Assembly: GCA_963752255.1 (NCBI GenBank)
Contig: CAVVXT010000001.1
Location: 1 to 54,406 of the forward strand
Length of the DNA stretch: 54,406 nucleotides
Direction: 5' to 3'
Source: Nitrososphaeria archaeon
GTDB lineage: Archaea; Thermoproteota; Nitrososphaeria; JACIWG01
The notes beneath the pieces were generated by a model. The model was not told the origin of the DNA and did not search any database. It saw only the letters and a program-made list of their open reading frames with translations. A program made the position numbers and the translations under genes. Shown in pieces: positions 20,705 to 30,904 of the stretch (the stretch's first letter is position 1; the number at the start of each line of letters is the position of its first letter).

Positions 20705-22179
20705 TTGAGCAACTTGCGAACGGGAATGTCGCTTAAGTCATTTTTTGAACCAGCTTCGATTGCGATTGTTGGCGCATCTCCAAACATAGAAAAGGTGGGC
20801 GGCGTTGTCGCAAATACACTAATAACCAATATGAAAAGAGGCATTCTTAAAGCCAAGATCTACCCCGTGAATTCTAAATATGATAGCTTATATGATATAC
20901 CATGTTATAAGTCGATTAAGGATATTAAAGATAATATCGACCTTTTAATTGTAGCTATACCGGCTTCTGCGGTTCCAGAAATAATTAGAGAGGCAGGTGA
21001 ATCAGGGGTAAAATCCGCTATCATAATTACCTCAGGCTTCAAGGAGGTCGGCAATGTTCAACTGCAAGATGAAGTGGTAAATGTAGCTAAACAATATGGT
21101 ATAAGAATTATGGGTCCAAACTGTCTTGGAGTCTATGACTCACTCACTGGCGTGGACTCGCTCTTTCTACCCGAATTTAAAAAATTATCTACAGGAAAAG
21201 AAGTGTTAGCTACACCAAGACCGCGACCGGGATCGATAGTTCTTATCAGCCAGAGCGGTGCGCTGGGCGCGGCCCTGCTCGATTACATGGCGGGAATTAA
21301 CCTCGGTCTAAGGTGCTTTGTAAGCTTTGGAAACAGAGCGGATGTAAATGAATCCGAACTTCTTGAATATTTCAAGGAGGATCGTCTAACAAAAGTCATA
21401 CTGCTCTACCTCGAATCCGTAAGCGATGGCAGACTGTTCCTTGAAGCAGCAAGGAAGACCTGTGAAAAAAAGCCTATTATCGCGCTTAAAGTCGGAAAAT
21501 CTACGGTCAGGCGCAAGAGGGGCGGTCTCACACACGGGTTCTCTTGCAGGGATGGATCAGATATATCAGGCCGCATTTGAAGAATGCGGAGTCATCAGAG
21601 CTAACACCATAGAAGATCTCTTTGACATGGGTAGAGCGCTTCTTTACCAGCCTCCAGCGTTAGGCAAGAACGTCGCGGTTTTGACTAATGCGGGTGGGCC
21701 TGGAATAATCGCCGCTGACGCACTGGATGCTTCTGGATTGCAGGTTGTTGAGCTATCAGAGAGGTCTAAGAAAATCTTCCAGGATAAAATAAAGGAAGGA
21801 GTTTTCCCACCCTATATGTCGTATGCAAATCCCAGTGGATCTTTCAGCCCAGGTAGGCAGCGACGCATTCAGAGAAGCCTTGAACATACTCTTGGACGAT
21901 CCCGTTGTGAACGGAATACTGGTCATAACCCTGCATCACACACCGTTTATAATGGATGATGTCGTCGGAAAAATCGCAGGCCCAGCATTTGAGAAATCCA
22001 AGCCTGTTATCGCAGTGGATATAGGCGCAACAGAAATGGCTCAAGAAATCAGGGCAAGATTTGAGAAGTTCAGGGTGCCAGCGTTCAATGCGCCTGAGCG
22101 GGCGGCTAGAGCACTTTACGCGCTAGCCTATTATGGGACATTCCTCAAAGAAAAAATGATTGTGCAAGCGCCGCAATAG
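20705..22179 (+). CDS. acdA: ADP-forming acetate-CoA ligase alpha subunit (CoA-binding); two frameshifts near 21505 and 21830
   Basis: IAIVGAS, GPNCLG, SQSGALG, phospho-His SHTGSLAG, TNAGGPG, NPVDL, across three overlapping ORFs. Confidence 0.88.
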
Positions 22180-22180
22180 A

Positions 22181-22723
22181 GTGATTGAAAGGATGCCGTC
22201 CCCAAACGGGTCAACGGAAGAATACAGTAAAAAGGTGACTCTGAAGGATGGCTCATCGGTTCTGCTCAGGAAAGTAAAGGAAGGGGACGAAAAAGCCCTT
22301 CTAAACATGTTTACGGGCCTAAAGCCTGAGACGGTATACAACAGATTCTTCAAACTCAGAAAACCTTTTTCAATCGAAGAAGTAACAAAGATGGTTCAGG
22401 TTAAACCAGATGAAGAATTCGCGATAGTGGGGTCACCGCTGCAGCCTTCAGAACTTGACGTCATCGCTGATGCGAGATACTATGTTGAAGAGGGCATGAA
22501 CGCAGAGGTGTCTATTGTAGTGCATGATAGGTGGCAGCTTAAAGGATTGGGAACGGCTATGTTGAGTCATCTAATAGAAATTGGAAAAGAACATATGATA
22601 AAGCTGTTCTTCGTCTACGTCTTGAGCGATAACGCGGTTATGATTCACGTAGCCAAAAAGCTAGGCTTCAAACTTAAGTCTCAAACTTATGGTATAACTC
22701 GGCTGGACCTTAAAGTTGAATAG
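22181..22723 (+). CDS. GNAT N-acetyltransferase, Pat-type protein lysine acetyltransferase domain
   Basis: LKDG..V.LR, ETVYNRFF, AEVSIVVHDRWQLKGLGT, VLSDNAVM, KKLGF; GTG 1 nt after the acdA stop. Confidence 0.85.
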   Translation: MIERMPSPNGSTEEYSKKVTLKDGSSVLLRKVKEGDEKALLNMFTGLKPETVYNRFFKLRKPFSIEEVTKMVQVKPDEEFAIVGSPLQPSELDVIADARYYVEEGMNAEVSIVVHDRWQLKGLGTAMLSHLIEIGKEHMIKLFFVYVLSDNAVMIHVAKKLGFKLKSQTYGITRLDLKVE

Positions 22724-22770
22724 AAAACGTCAGAGCACTTTTTTTGGAAAAATCTATCGTTGACATTCTT

Positions 22771-23475
22771 CTATGTTTTCAATATTATTCTTGCGTCAAC
22801 AACAACTAGTCCTTTTTCGTATACTATAACGGGGTTTAAGTCGACCTGATCTATGACTGGATTTTCAATGGAGATCCTTGAAACATTACATATAACGTCT
22901 GCGATTGTATCGACATCGAGAGGTTTCGACCCTCTGAAACCCGAGAGAAGGGGGTAGCCTTTGACCTTCTTGATCATGTCGATAGCTTCCTCTTTGCTTA
23001 CTGGGGTGATTCTGAAGATAACGTCCTTCATTATTTCTATTAGAACACCTCCTAAACCGAACATTACAGCAGGTCCAAATGTCGGGTCGCGTAACATTCC
23101 AACAACAACTTCAACAGACTTCGGAGCCATCTTTTCGACGAGAACGCCGATTATTCTTGCGTTGGGGGCTTTTTCCCTGACGTCATTCAAAAGAGAAGTG
23201 TAATCCTCCTTGAGCTGTTGATCGTCTTTGATGCCTATTCTAACTCCTCCTACATCACTCTTGTGGATTATGTCGGGTGAGATGATTTTAAGGACAATCG
23301 GATATCCGATGCTGTTGGCAGCGGATTCGGCTTCTTCAATCGAATCGACCACTTTGTAGGGACAAATTGGGATACTGTAAGAAGATAAAACTTCATATGC
23401 TTCAGGTTCCAATAGATTCTTTCTACCTTCTGAGAGAACATGCTCAAGTAACTTTTGGGCTGCCATATCCACCAC
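22771..23475 (-). CDS. acdB: ADP-forming acetate-CoA ligase beta subunit (ATP-grasp)
   Basis: GYPIVLKIISPDIIHKSDVGGV, DPTFGP, DLNP, VVDARI. Confidence 0.92.
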   Translation of the reverse strand: MVDMAAQKLLEHVLSEGRKNLLEPEAYEVLSSYSIPICPYKVVDSIEEAESAANSIGYPIVLKIISPDIIHKSDVGGVRIGIKDDQQLKEDYTSLLNDVREKAPNARIIGVLVEKMAPKSVEVVVGMLRDPTFGPAVMFGLGGVLIEIMKDVIFRITPVSKEEAIDMIKKVKGYPLLSGFRGSKPLDVDTIADVICNVSRISIENPVIDQVDLNPVIVYEKGLVVVDARIILKT

Positions 23476-23507
23476 ATTAGCCCTTATTTCGATTGAATAT
23501 TTAATCC

Positions 23508-25424
23508 TTAACCGTCGTAGTCAGGTGACCTTTTTCCAATTTCTTTGTCTTGCAGGAACCTTCTTAATATCTTGCCGCTTCTTGTCTTAGGAAGGTTGTT
23601 TATCGCTTCAATCTCTGATGGGACAGCTATTAAGCCAATGTATTCAGTGATTCTGCGCCGAATCTCCTCCATTAATTCGTCGTCGAGTGTCCATCCTTCC
23701 TTTAAAACAACGAAGACCTTCACTGTTTCACCTCCTAAAGGGGATGGTTTTCCTATTGCGGCAGCGTCGACTATCGCAGGATGGGACAGTACAGCCTTCT
23801 CTATTTCAGCTGTTCCGATTCTATACCCAGCTATCTTAATCACGTCATCAGACCTCCCCTTGATCCAAAAGTATCCATCAGCGTCCCTTGAGGCGATATC
23901 GCCTGTGATGTACCATCCTTGAACGATATCCCAATAGTCTATATACTTCCTCGGATCCTGGAAAACCGTCTCCATCATGCCAGGCCAGGGGCCACCGATT
24001 GCTAGTAGGCCTTCCTCCCCGTTCTTTAATATCTCACCCGTCGGGGATATCACAGCGGCTTTTATTGATGGAAAAGGTTTTCCAACGGAACCAGGTTTCA
24101 GGGGGATAGATGGGAAACCAGTAATAAGTATGATACCGGTCTCAGTCTGCCACCATGTGTTAATGACGGGACAACATTCTTTCCCGACAGCCCTATAGAA
24201 CCATTTCCAAGTTGAAGGATCAATTGGTTCACCAACGGTTCCGAGAATTCGAAGGGACCGGAGAGAATATTTTTTTAGAGACGCTTCTTCGGACATAAAA
24301 CTCCTGATATTTGTCGGTATGGTGTAAAATGCGTTGATGCCGTAATCGTCAATGATCTTAGCCCACCTTGTAGGGTTTGGATAGCTGAGGTCACCTTCAT
24401 AGATGAATATGGTTGAACCATTGATTAACGGGCCATAGGTTACATAGGTATGCCCTGTAATCCACCCGGGTGAGGCTGTGCACCAATAGATGTCGTCGTC
24501 CCGAATATTAAAAACCCACTTTGTTGTTAAATAGGAGCTAACCATGTAACCTCCATGAGAGTGGATTATTCCTTTCGGCTTACCGGCGGTGCCTGAGGTG
24601 TAAATTATGAACAGTGGATCATAGGACTCCATTATCTTGCATTCGGCGACATCGGGAACTCCGTTGACAATTTCGTCCCAAAAGAGGTAAACCGGTTCTC
24701 CTTTCAAAGGAGTAGGCCTGTACTGTTCTGTTATGATCGGTATGTCCACCCTTTTCTTTACTATCACGTACTTTAGCGAAGGACACTGTGATAGCTGAGC
24801 GACGGTGTTTGCGACTACCGTCAGTTTTCCGCCATAATATGCCCCGTTGGAAGTGATGAGAACCTTGGAGGCGGTTTCCATAACACGTTCCCTTAAGATC
24901 CTTCCACTATAACCATAATATATTACATCATGAACTGCACCTATCTTGGCGCACGCGAGCATAGCAATAATCTGTTCAGGGACAATTGGAAGAAAGATCG
25001 TTACAAAATCGCCTTTTCTGATTCCAAGCTTCTTCAGCACGTTTGCAAGCCTGTTTACGTGCCTGTACAGTTCGCCATACGTGATGGATCTCTTTTCCCC
25101 TGGCTCACCTTCCCAGTAAATGGCAACCTTATTTCTTCTCCATGTATTAACATGCCTGTCCAGAGCATTCTGTACAATATTGCATTTGGCGTCAACAAAC
25201 CATCTTGCTCTAGGGTACTGCCAATCTAAAACCTTGGTCCATGGGTTAAACCATTCAACTTCTTTAGCGGCGTCTCCCCAAAAGCCTTCAACGTCGTTTA
25301 TCGACTTTTCGTAAACTTCATCATATCTTTTTAAATAAGCTGTTTCGACAATATCTTTTTGAGGGTAAACCATTTCCTCCCTAGAGTCCGGTGTATTAAT
25401 GTTCACATTGGCAGGTATTCCCAA
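23508..25424 (-). CDS. acs: AMP-forming acetyl-CoA synthetase
   Basis: YTSGTAGKPKG, GWITGH, WWQTETG, GRSDDV, PKTRSGKILRR. Confidence 0.92.
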   Translation of the reverse strand: MGIPANVNINTPDSREEMVYPQKDIVETAYLKRYDEVYEKSINDVEGFWGDAAKEVEWFNPWTKVLDWQYPRARWFVDAKCNIVQNALDRHVNTWRRNKVAIYWEGEPGEKRSITYGELYRHVNRLANVLKKLGIRKGDFVTIFLPIVPEQIIAMLACAKIGAVHDVIYYGYSGRILRERVMETASKVLITSNGAYYGGKLTVVANTVAQLSQCPSLKYVIVKKRVDIPIITEQYRPTPLKGEPVYLFWDEIVNGVPDVAECKIMESYDPLFIIYTSGTAGKPKGIIHSHGGYMVSSYLTTKWVFNIRDDDIYWCTASPGWITGHTYVTYGPLINGSTIFIYEGDLSYPNPTRWAKIIDDYGINAFYTIPTNIRSFMSEEASLKKYSLRSLRILGTVGEPIDPSTWKWFYRAVGKECCPVINTWWQTETGIILITGFPSIPLKPGSVGKPFPSIKAAVISPTGEILKNGEEGLLAIGGPWPGMMETVFQDPRKYIDYWDIVQGWYITGDIASRDADGYFWIKGRSDDVIKIAGYRIGTAEIEKAVLSHPAIVDAAAIGKPSPLGGETVKVFVVLKEGWTLDDELMEEIRRRITEYIGLIAVPSEIEAINNLPKTRSGKILRRFLQDKEIGKRSPDYDG

Positions 25425-25512
25425 GGCGGTTTAAAAATTGTTTTAAACAATTGTGATAAACATTTCAGACCTCAACCTAAGATTTATAAAGAAAAGTTTA
25501 AAATGATAGTTT

Positions 25513-26315
25513 ATGGAGCAATTTAAAATCGGTAAAGATGGGAAGATTGATGTTCTGGGGTTCGGAACATACCGTATAGGAGAAACAATAGGTCTCTCAA
25601 GTGATGAAAGCAACATCAAAGCTTTGAAGAAAGCATTCGAGTTGGGATATAGATTGATTGATACTGCAGAAGCTTATGCTGCAGGGCATACAGAGGAGCT
25701 CATCGGAAAAGCGTTGAAGTATTTTGAAAGGGATGATTTTTTTATAACTTCAAAGGTTTGGACAAACCATATGCACTACGGGGATGTGATTAAAGCGTGT
25801 GAAGGAAGTCTTAGGCGACTTCAAGTGAAATGCATCGACCTCTACCTCATCCACTGGCCGAACTCCCAGGTTCCAATAAAGGAAACGGTCAGCGCTCTTG
25901 AAAAGCTTGTAGACGACGGGAAGATAAAGTACATGGGTGTAAGCAACTTTTCAGCGAATGAGCTGCAGGAGGCAATGGAATGCACAAGCAAACATCAGAT
26001 AGTCGCAAACCAAGTTCGATACAGTCTTCTAGATAAGGAGCCAGAAGCGAGCTTGTTGCCTTTCGCTAAGGAGAACAACGTCAGAATAATCGCTTATACG
26101 CCGCTGAAAAAGGGCACATCAGAATCCCCCTGCTAAGAGACCTGTCCTCAAAGTATGTTAAAACGGAAAACCAGATCGCATTAAATTACCTCATATGTAA
26201 AGAATCTATACCGATACCAAAAGCCGTGCATGAAGAACATATGATCGAAAATCTTGGGGCTGTCGGATGGAGGATGAGTAGTGAAGACGTGGAGAAATTG
26301 AGCTCACTGAAATAA
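25513..26315 (+). CDS. Aldo/keto reductase, one frameshift near 26110
   Basis: GFGT, IDTAEAY, DLYLIHWP, GVSNF, AYTPL; continues in the shifted frame QIALNYL...PIPKA...ENLGA to TAA at 26315. Confidence 0.88.
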
Positions 26316-26498
26316 ATGATGCACAAATTAGATTAAGGAAGCTCTCTCTGGGAATAATTTTTATTATCCTATGTTTTATTGTGGGAGTACTCTTGAACGC
26401 GATCTCCGGTCTTATAGAAATATTATCTGTGGTTATAGCATTAGCTGTTCTGACGCTGATAGTTATGTTGTTTGAGAAAAAATAAAAAGAAAAGACTT

Positions 26499-28355
26499 TT
26501 ACATTTTTAGCTTCTTCTTCAAGACCGCGTCTACGTTCTCTAATCCCAGTTCCTTCAATGTCTCAGATGTGGGGACACCATTCTCATCCCAACCCATTAT
26601 GTCGTAATATTCTTTCTTCATTGTTTTCACTTCTTCTTTATCAGTGAATTTGCCTTTATGTGGACCTGAAGGTAAAGGCTCATAGAATCTAGGTGGATTC
26701 TCGTCAATTCCTAACCAGCTCGCATCTGGGCCTCCTATGAGTACTGCTGCCCTTTGAATTTCGAGGATCCTCTTAGAGATAACGTTATACCAATCATCAA
26801 AAGATATACCGAATCCTGTTACAGCATTGAGAAAATCGATCTGGGACTGTGGTGTATCTCGATTAAACATACAGAATACACCTGAATCGCAGAGAAGCGT
26901 AGAATGCTCACTACTGTTATGTGTTATAGGTAAATAGGCTACAGAGGTATGGTCACCTCCCTGAACCGAACATGTATATGAAAATACTTGTAGGTAGTCA
27001 AGATTACTTCTAATTCCGTGAGCACCACATGAAATCCCCTTGGATTGAATAGCGAACTTGAGCAGATCTTTTCCCTTTATTTTACCTAGTTTTTGTGCGG
27101 CCCGATAAGTTCCTTCAGCTAAGATATCACCTATACCTTTCCTAAAAGCGATCATTTCAGCAAGCTTCACAAAGGCTTTGGAATCTCCCCATTTGAGATC
27201 TATTCCATCAAGATCTTCCTTAGTCAGTATACCACGTTGATATAGTTCACCCGCAAAGCCCATAACATTTCCACCCTGGATACCACAGAAACCTAAGTCT
27301 TCGATTGTAGAGTTAATAAATACGTTAGCTTCAGGAGAGAAAACGCCTAAGTTAGGTCCACAGTAGGCTTGTGTTTCATAGTCAGGGTTATCTGTTATAG
27401 CACCTTTGAACTCTCCCGTTCTTACCACAGAAAGCTTTTCGCAGGCAGTTGGACATCCGTAGTCAGCCCAATATCTCTTTACCCAAACTCTACTTTCATA
27501 TTGTTCAACGCCAATAGATTTTTCATCATGCCATTCTTCCTGCCAGTTTCTAATAGGCTCTGAGCTAGTACCGTTACCTACATTATAGCCTAAATGTCCT
27601 GTACCCCACCTTCTCATACTATCGTTTTTATAACATATTTTTCTACACTCCTCTATGAGTTTAACTGTTTGATTCCAATCGGCGACTTCTGGCAAAGGTC
27701 CGGTGCCCCTCGCAAGAACAGCTTTGATCTTCTTTGACCCCATTACAGCGCCATAACCACCATATCCTCCGCCGTGAGCCCATTTACCTAGTACAGCGGC
27801 TATTCTACATTTGTTTTCTCCTGCAGGACCAATGTATACCATTGAAGGCTCTCTCCATTCACGTTCTGTGAACTTTTTGTTCCATTCATTTCTAACTTCT
27901 CTGGATAAGGTTAGAGAAGTCTGTTTACCATCTTTACCCCAAACATGGCTGGCATCTCTTATTTCAATCGTAGAATCTTTCACGAGTATATAGGAGGGCT
28001 TCTTGGCTTCACCAGTTATGATTAAACCATCCCAACCTGCACATCTAAGATCAACAGGAAATTCACCTGCCATTGTGCTTCCAACAATACCATTACTTTG
28101 AGGTGACTTTCCTGAGAAACAGGTCCTTCCACCTGGAAAATATCCTGTTAGTGGACCTGTTGAAATTATTAAGATGTTTTCTGGACCCAGTGGATCAACT
28201 TTATCCCATTTTTCTCCTAATCGATCCCATAATATTTTTGTCGATAGACCTCTTCCACCTATATAATTTCTTAGTGTTTCCTTATCAAACTTTACATCCG
28301 TTATTTGCCCGTTGCTTAAGTCTATTTCTGCAAATTTTCCAGCATATCCTTTCAT
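26499..28355 (-). CDS. Tungsten-dependent aldehyde:ferredoxin oxidoreductase family, WOR5-like large subunit
   Basis: GGRGL, KSPQSNG, GAVMGSK, SSEPIRNWQEE, YWADYGCP..C, PDYE, GGDH; closely resembles Pyrococcus WOR5 as I recall it. Confidence 0.9.
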   Translation of the reverse strand: MKGYAGKFAEIDLSNGQITDVKFDKETLRNYIGGRGLSTKILWDRLGEKWDKVDPLGPENILIISTGPLTGYFPGGRTCFSGKSPQSNGIVGSTMAGEFPVDLRCAGWDGLIITGEAKKPSYILVKDSTIEIRDASHVWGKDGKQTSLTLSREVRNEWNKKFTEREWREPSMVYIGPAGENKCRIAAVLGKWAHGGGYGGYGAVMGSKKIKAVLARGTGPLPEVADWNQTVKLIEECRKICYKNDSMRRWGTGHLGYNVGNGTSSEPIRNWQEEWHDEKSIGVEQYESRVWVKRYWADYGCPTACEKLSVVRTGEFKGAITDNPDYETQAYCGPNLGVFSPEANVFINSTIEDLGFCGIQGGNVMGFAGELYQRGILTKEDLDGIDLKWGDSKAFVKLAEMIAFRKGIGDILAEGTYRAAQKLGKIKGKDLLKFAIQSKGISCGAHGIRSNLDYLQVFSYTCSVQGGDHTSVAYLPITHNSSEHSTLLCDSGVFCMFNRDTPQSQIDFLNAVTGFGISFDDWYNVISKRILEIQRAAVLIGGPDASWLGIDENPPRFYEPLPSGPHKGKFTDKEEVKTMKKEYYDIMGWDENGVPTSETLKELGLENVDAVLKKKLKM

Positions 28356-28359
28356 CTCA

Positions 28360-28896
28360 TTACACCTCTAATTTTTCTCCATAAATCAGTTCAGATAGCC
28401 CTTCTGTTATTAGCTTAGGTGTCTTTGAATAGAGTCTATGATTAACTGCATCGCCCAATTTAGTATATGTAGTTTTACTCAGGCAATAGTATTGAGCTTC
28501 TTGACAAATTTTAACGCATTGTGGATCTCCATTACATAAGTCGCAAATCGTTGCCTTCTTGTCCACAGGATGCAAAAATGGAATATGCCCAGGACAGGCT
28601 TGGATGCATTTCTTGCAACTTATACAGATTTTCCTATCAACTAAAACCGCACCAGTTTTCTCGTCGACTGAAAGCGCCTTTTTTGGTTTTGTCGGGCAGG
28701 AGGCTACACATGGATAATCGCTACACTGTGCGCATAGATGAGGAAGTTCTAAACCGGGAGCAAGCATAAAGACTCGGACCATTGAAGCTTCCGGCCAGAT
28801 CTTCTTTTCATGATAAATTGAACATGCAATTTCGCACATCCTACATCCAGAACATTTGGGATAATCTCTCATTACCCAAACCTTATCTGATGACAT
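28360..28896 (-). CDS. Poly-[4Fe-4S] ferredoxin subunit (WOR5S/DmsB-like)
   Basis: CSGCRMCEIAC, CAQC..YPCVASCP, CISCKKCIQACP, CDLC.G.PQC...C. Confidence 0.9.
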   Translation of the reverse strand: MSSDKVWVMRDYPKCSGCRMCEIACSIYHEKKIWPEASMVRVFMLAPGLELPHLCAQCSDYPCVASCPTKPKKALSVDEKTGAVLVDRKICISCKKCIQACPGHIPFLHPVDKKATICDLCNGDPQCVKICQEAQYYCLSKTTYTKLGDAVNHRLYSKTPKLITEGLSELIYGEKLEV

Positions 28897-29033
28897 GGCA
28901 AATCATTTGGAAGTTAACCTAATAAATATTTCCAAGTTTTATCCACAACCTGATGTCAATCTACAGAGGATTGCGAAATGTGCGCTATTAAAATCATAAC
29001 ACTTAATAGAAAGAAAGGAGACGATGTAATTGA

Positions 29034-29799
29034 GTGAATAAATTGACCGACACTGGAAAAATTTTGCGAATGGGTAATATAACAAGAAAGGATGGCAGAA
29101 CATTAGTGATCGCCATGGACCATGGCGGTGGTGGAACAACTCTTGGAATAGAAGATATTGAAGACGTTGTTGAAAAAGTAATAGAAGGGGGAGCAGACTC
29201 GATACTAGGCAAACCTGGGTTTTGCTAGGAGAATAGCGAAGACAATTAGAGGGAGAATTGGATTAGTATTGTCAATACCTTACAATCCAGTCTACGTTAA
29301 ACTAGCTGCTCAGATCGGTGCGGATATGGTGAAGACGACATACTTTGGCCCTGTACCTCTCAGCGAAGAAAGAATGAAGCAAATTGAAGAAATAACATTA
29401 GCTTCAGAAGAATGGGGAATGCCCTCCATGGTTGAAGTTGTCCCACTGGACAACAAAGGTAAGACTATCTACGACCTATCTGCAATAAAGCAGGCGGCAA
29501 GAATAGGTTCTGAGCTTGGAGGAGACGTCATTAAAACAGCATATGTAGGTAGCCCGCATGAATACAGAGAAGTGACAAGAACCTGCCTTACGCCTATAGT
29601 CGTAATGGGTGGTCCAAAAATGGATAGCGCTTCGGATCTACTGAAGATGGTTAAAGACAGTGTTGACGCCGGTGCCATCGGTGGTGCCATAGGAAGGAAC
29701 ATATGGCAGTACAAGGATCCTGTAAAGATTACGAGAGCAGCAATAAGTATCATTCACGAAAAAGCGAGCTTAGAAGAAGCTTTGAAGGTGCTCAAATAG
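29034..29799 (+). CDS. Class I aldolase, DhnA/FbaB/LsrF family; one frameshift near 29220
   Basis: IAMDHG, ELGGDVIKT (Schiff-base Lys), GGPK, GRNIWQ. Confidence 0.85.
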
Positions 29800-29862
29800 A
29801 AACTAAAGATAAAATCTTTATTGTCTTATCCTTTTACTGCATCTTCCAGAACAAACTGTTTA

Positions 29863-30141
29863 TCAATATTCTATATCAAATGTTTGAAACTCCCCACCAT
29901 ATTCTTCTGATGTAACTTCAACTTTTTCGACCTCCGCACCAGGGGGGCCTGTCTTGCACCATTCAATAAGCTTTCTAAGAGAAGCCTCTTTACCCTCAAC
30001 AACCGCATATACGCGTCCGTCATCGAGGTTTCTGGCATAGCCTTTTACACCTAATTCCATAGCTTTATTTCTCATACTTCCTCTGAAGAAGACTCCTTGA
30101 ACTGAGCCAGAAATATATATGTGAACTCTTGTCTCCACCAT
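29863..30141 (-). CDS. acyP: Acylphosphatase
   Basis: GSVQGVFFR, GYARNL.DG, GPPGA.V; start placed at ATG 30141. Confidence 0.92.
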   Translation of the reverse strand: MVETRVHIYISGSVQGVFFRGSMRNKAMELGVKGYARNLDDGRVYAVVEGKEASLRKLIEWCKTGPPGAEVEKVEVTSEEYGGEFQTFDIEY

Positions 30142-30558
30142 ATCATCACAGTATTTTGGACTGATATTATTTAACATGTTATAAATTGCCGAGTAATTCC
30201 AATATTTTTATTTCTACATAATATATTTTAAGGTCTTCATCTAGCTTTCTGACGCCTAAAAGAGGCTGTAAATGATAAATGGGTCAATTCATGAATCTCT
30301 TTTTGTCACTCTAATTTGTAACAATTGCTCAGCTATGGGCCGGCTTGCACATCAGATGGCTCTCGAAAAAGACCTTGTCTCACACATGATCGAATCAGTT
30401 GAACTCCAACAGATGTTTTAAAAATCTAATGTAGTTTCCGTTACCAAGACCTTATAAATGATAAGATAGATTCTATTAGTGCGTTTACATTAGGTTTACA
30501 AAAAAGATTTATTAGTTCTAAGATTAACCTATTTTTCTGGAAAAAATAATAAAAATGA

Positions 30559-30867
30559 TCAGGTGAGGGAAACCCTAAGTTGGACCTCTTCAGGCATCTT
30601 CAAACGCATGAACTGCCTTAGAGTACGTTCATCCTGATCAATTTCCACATACCTTCTGTGAATTCTCAGCTCCCATTTATTAAAAGTATTTGTGCCTTCA
30701 CCGCTCGGAGATTTCCTTACGGTGAGCTTTCTCTTCTTCGTTGGTAAAGGTACAGGCCCGCGCATCTTTATCCCAGTCTTTTCAGTAATAGCCTTTATCT
30801 GGTTGCAGACGTCATCCAGTAGTTTGACGTTTGTACTCGTTAGTATTATTTTTGCTTTTCCTGGCAA
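30559..30867 (-). CDS. rps10: 30S ribosomal protein S10 (uS10)
   Basis: GPVPLPTK, RKSPSGEG, WELRIHRR. Confidence 0.96.
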   Translation of the reverse strand: MPGKAKIILTSTNVKLLDDVCNQIKAITEKTGIKMRGPVPLPTKKRKLTVRKSPSGEGTNTFNKWELRIHRRYVEIDQDERTLRQFMRLKMPEEVQLRVSLT

Positions 30868-30904
30868 ACAGGCACACCGCCAATGGGTAAAGGTCAGAAG
30901 GTTT

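Noticed and set aside
30326-30345. CGGCCCATAGCTGAG (minus strand) resembling a tRNA 5' end downstream of rps10
   Set aside because: Two mismatches to the consensus and no following D, anticodon or T arms.
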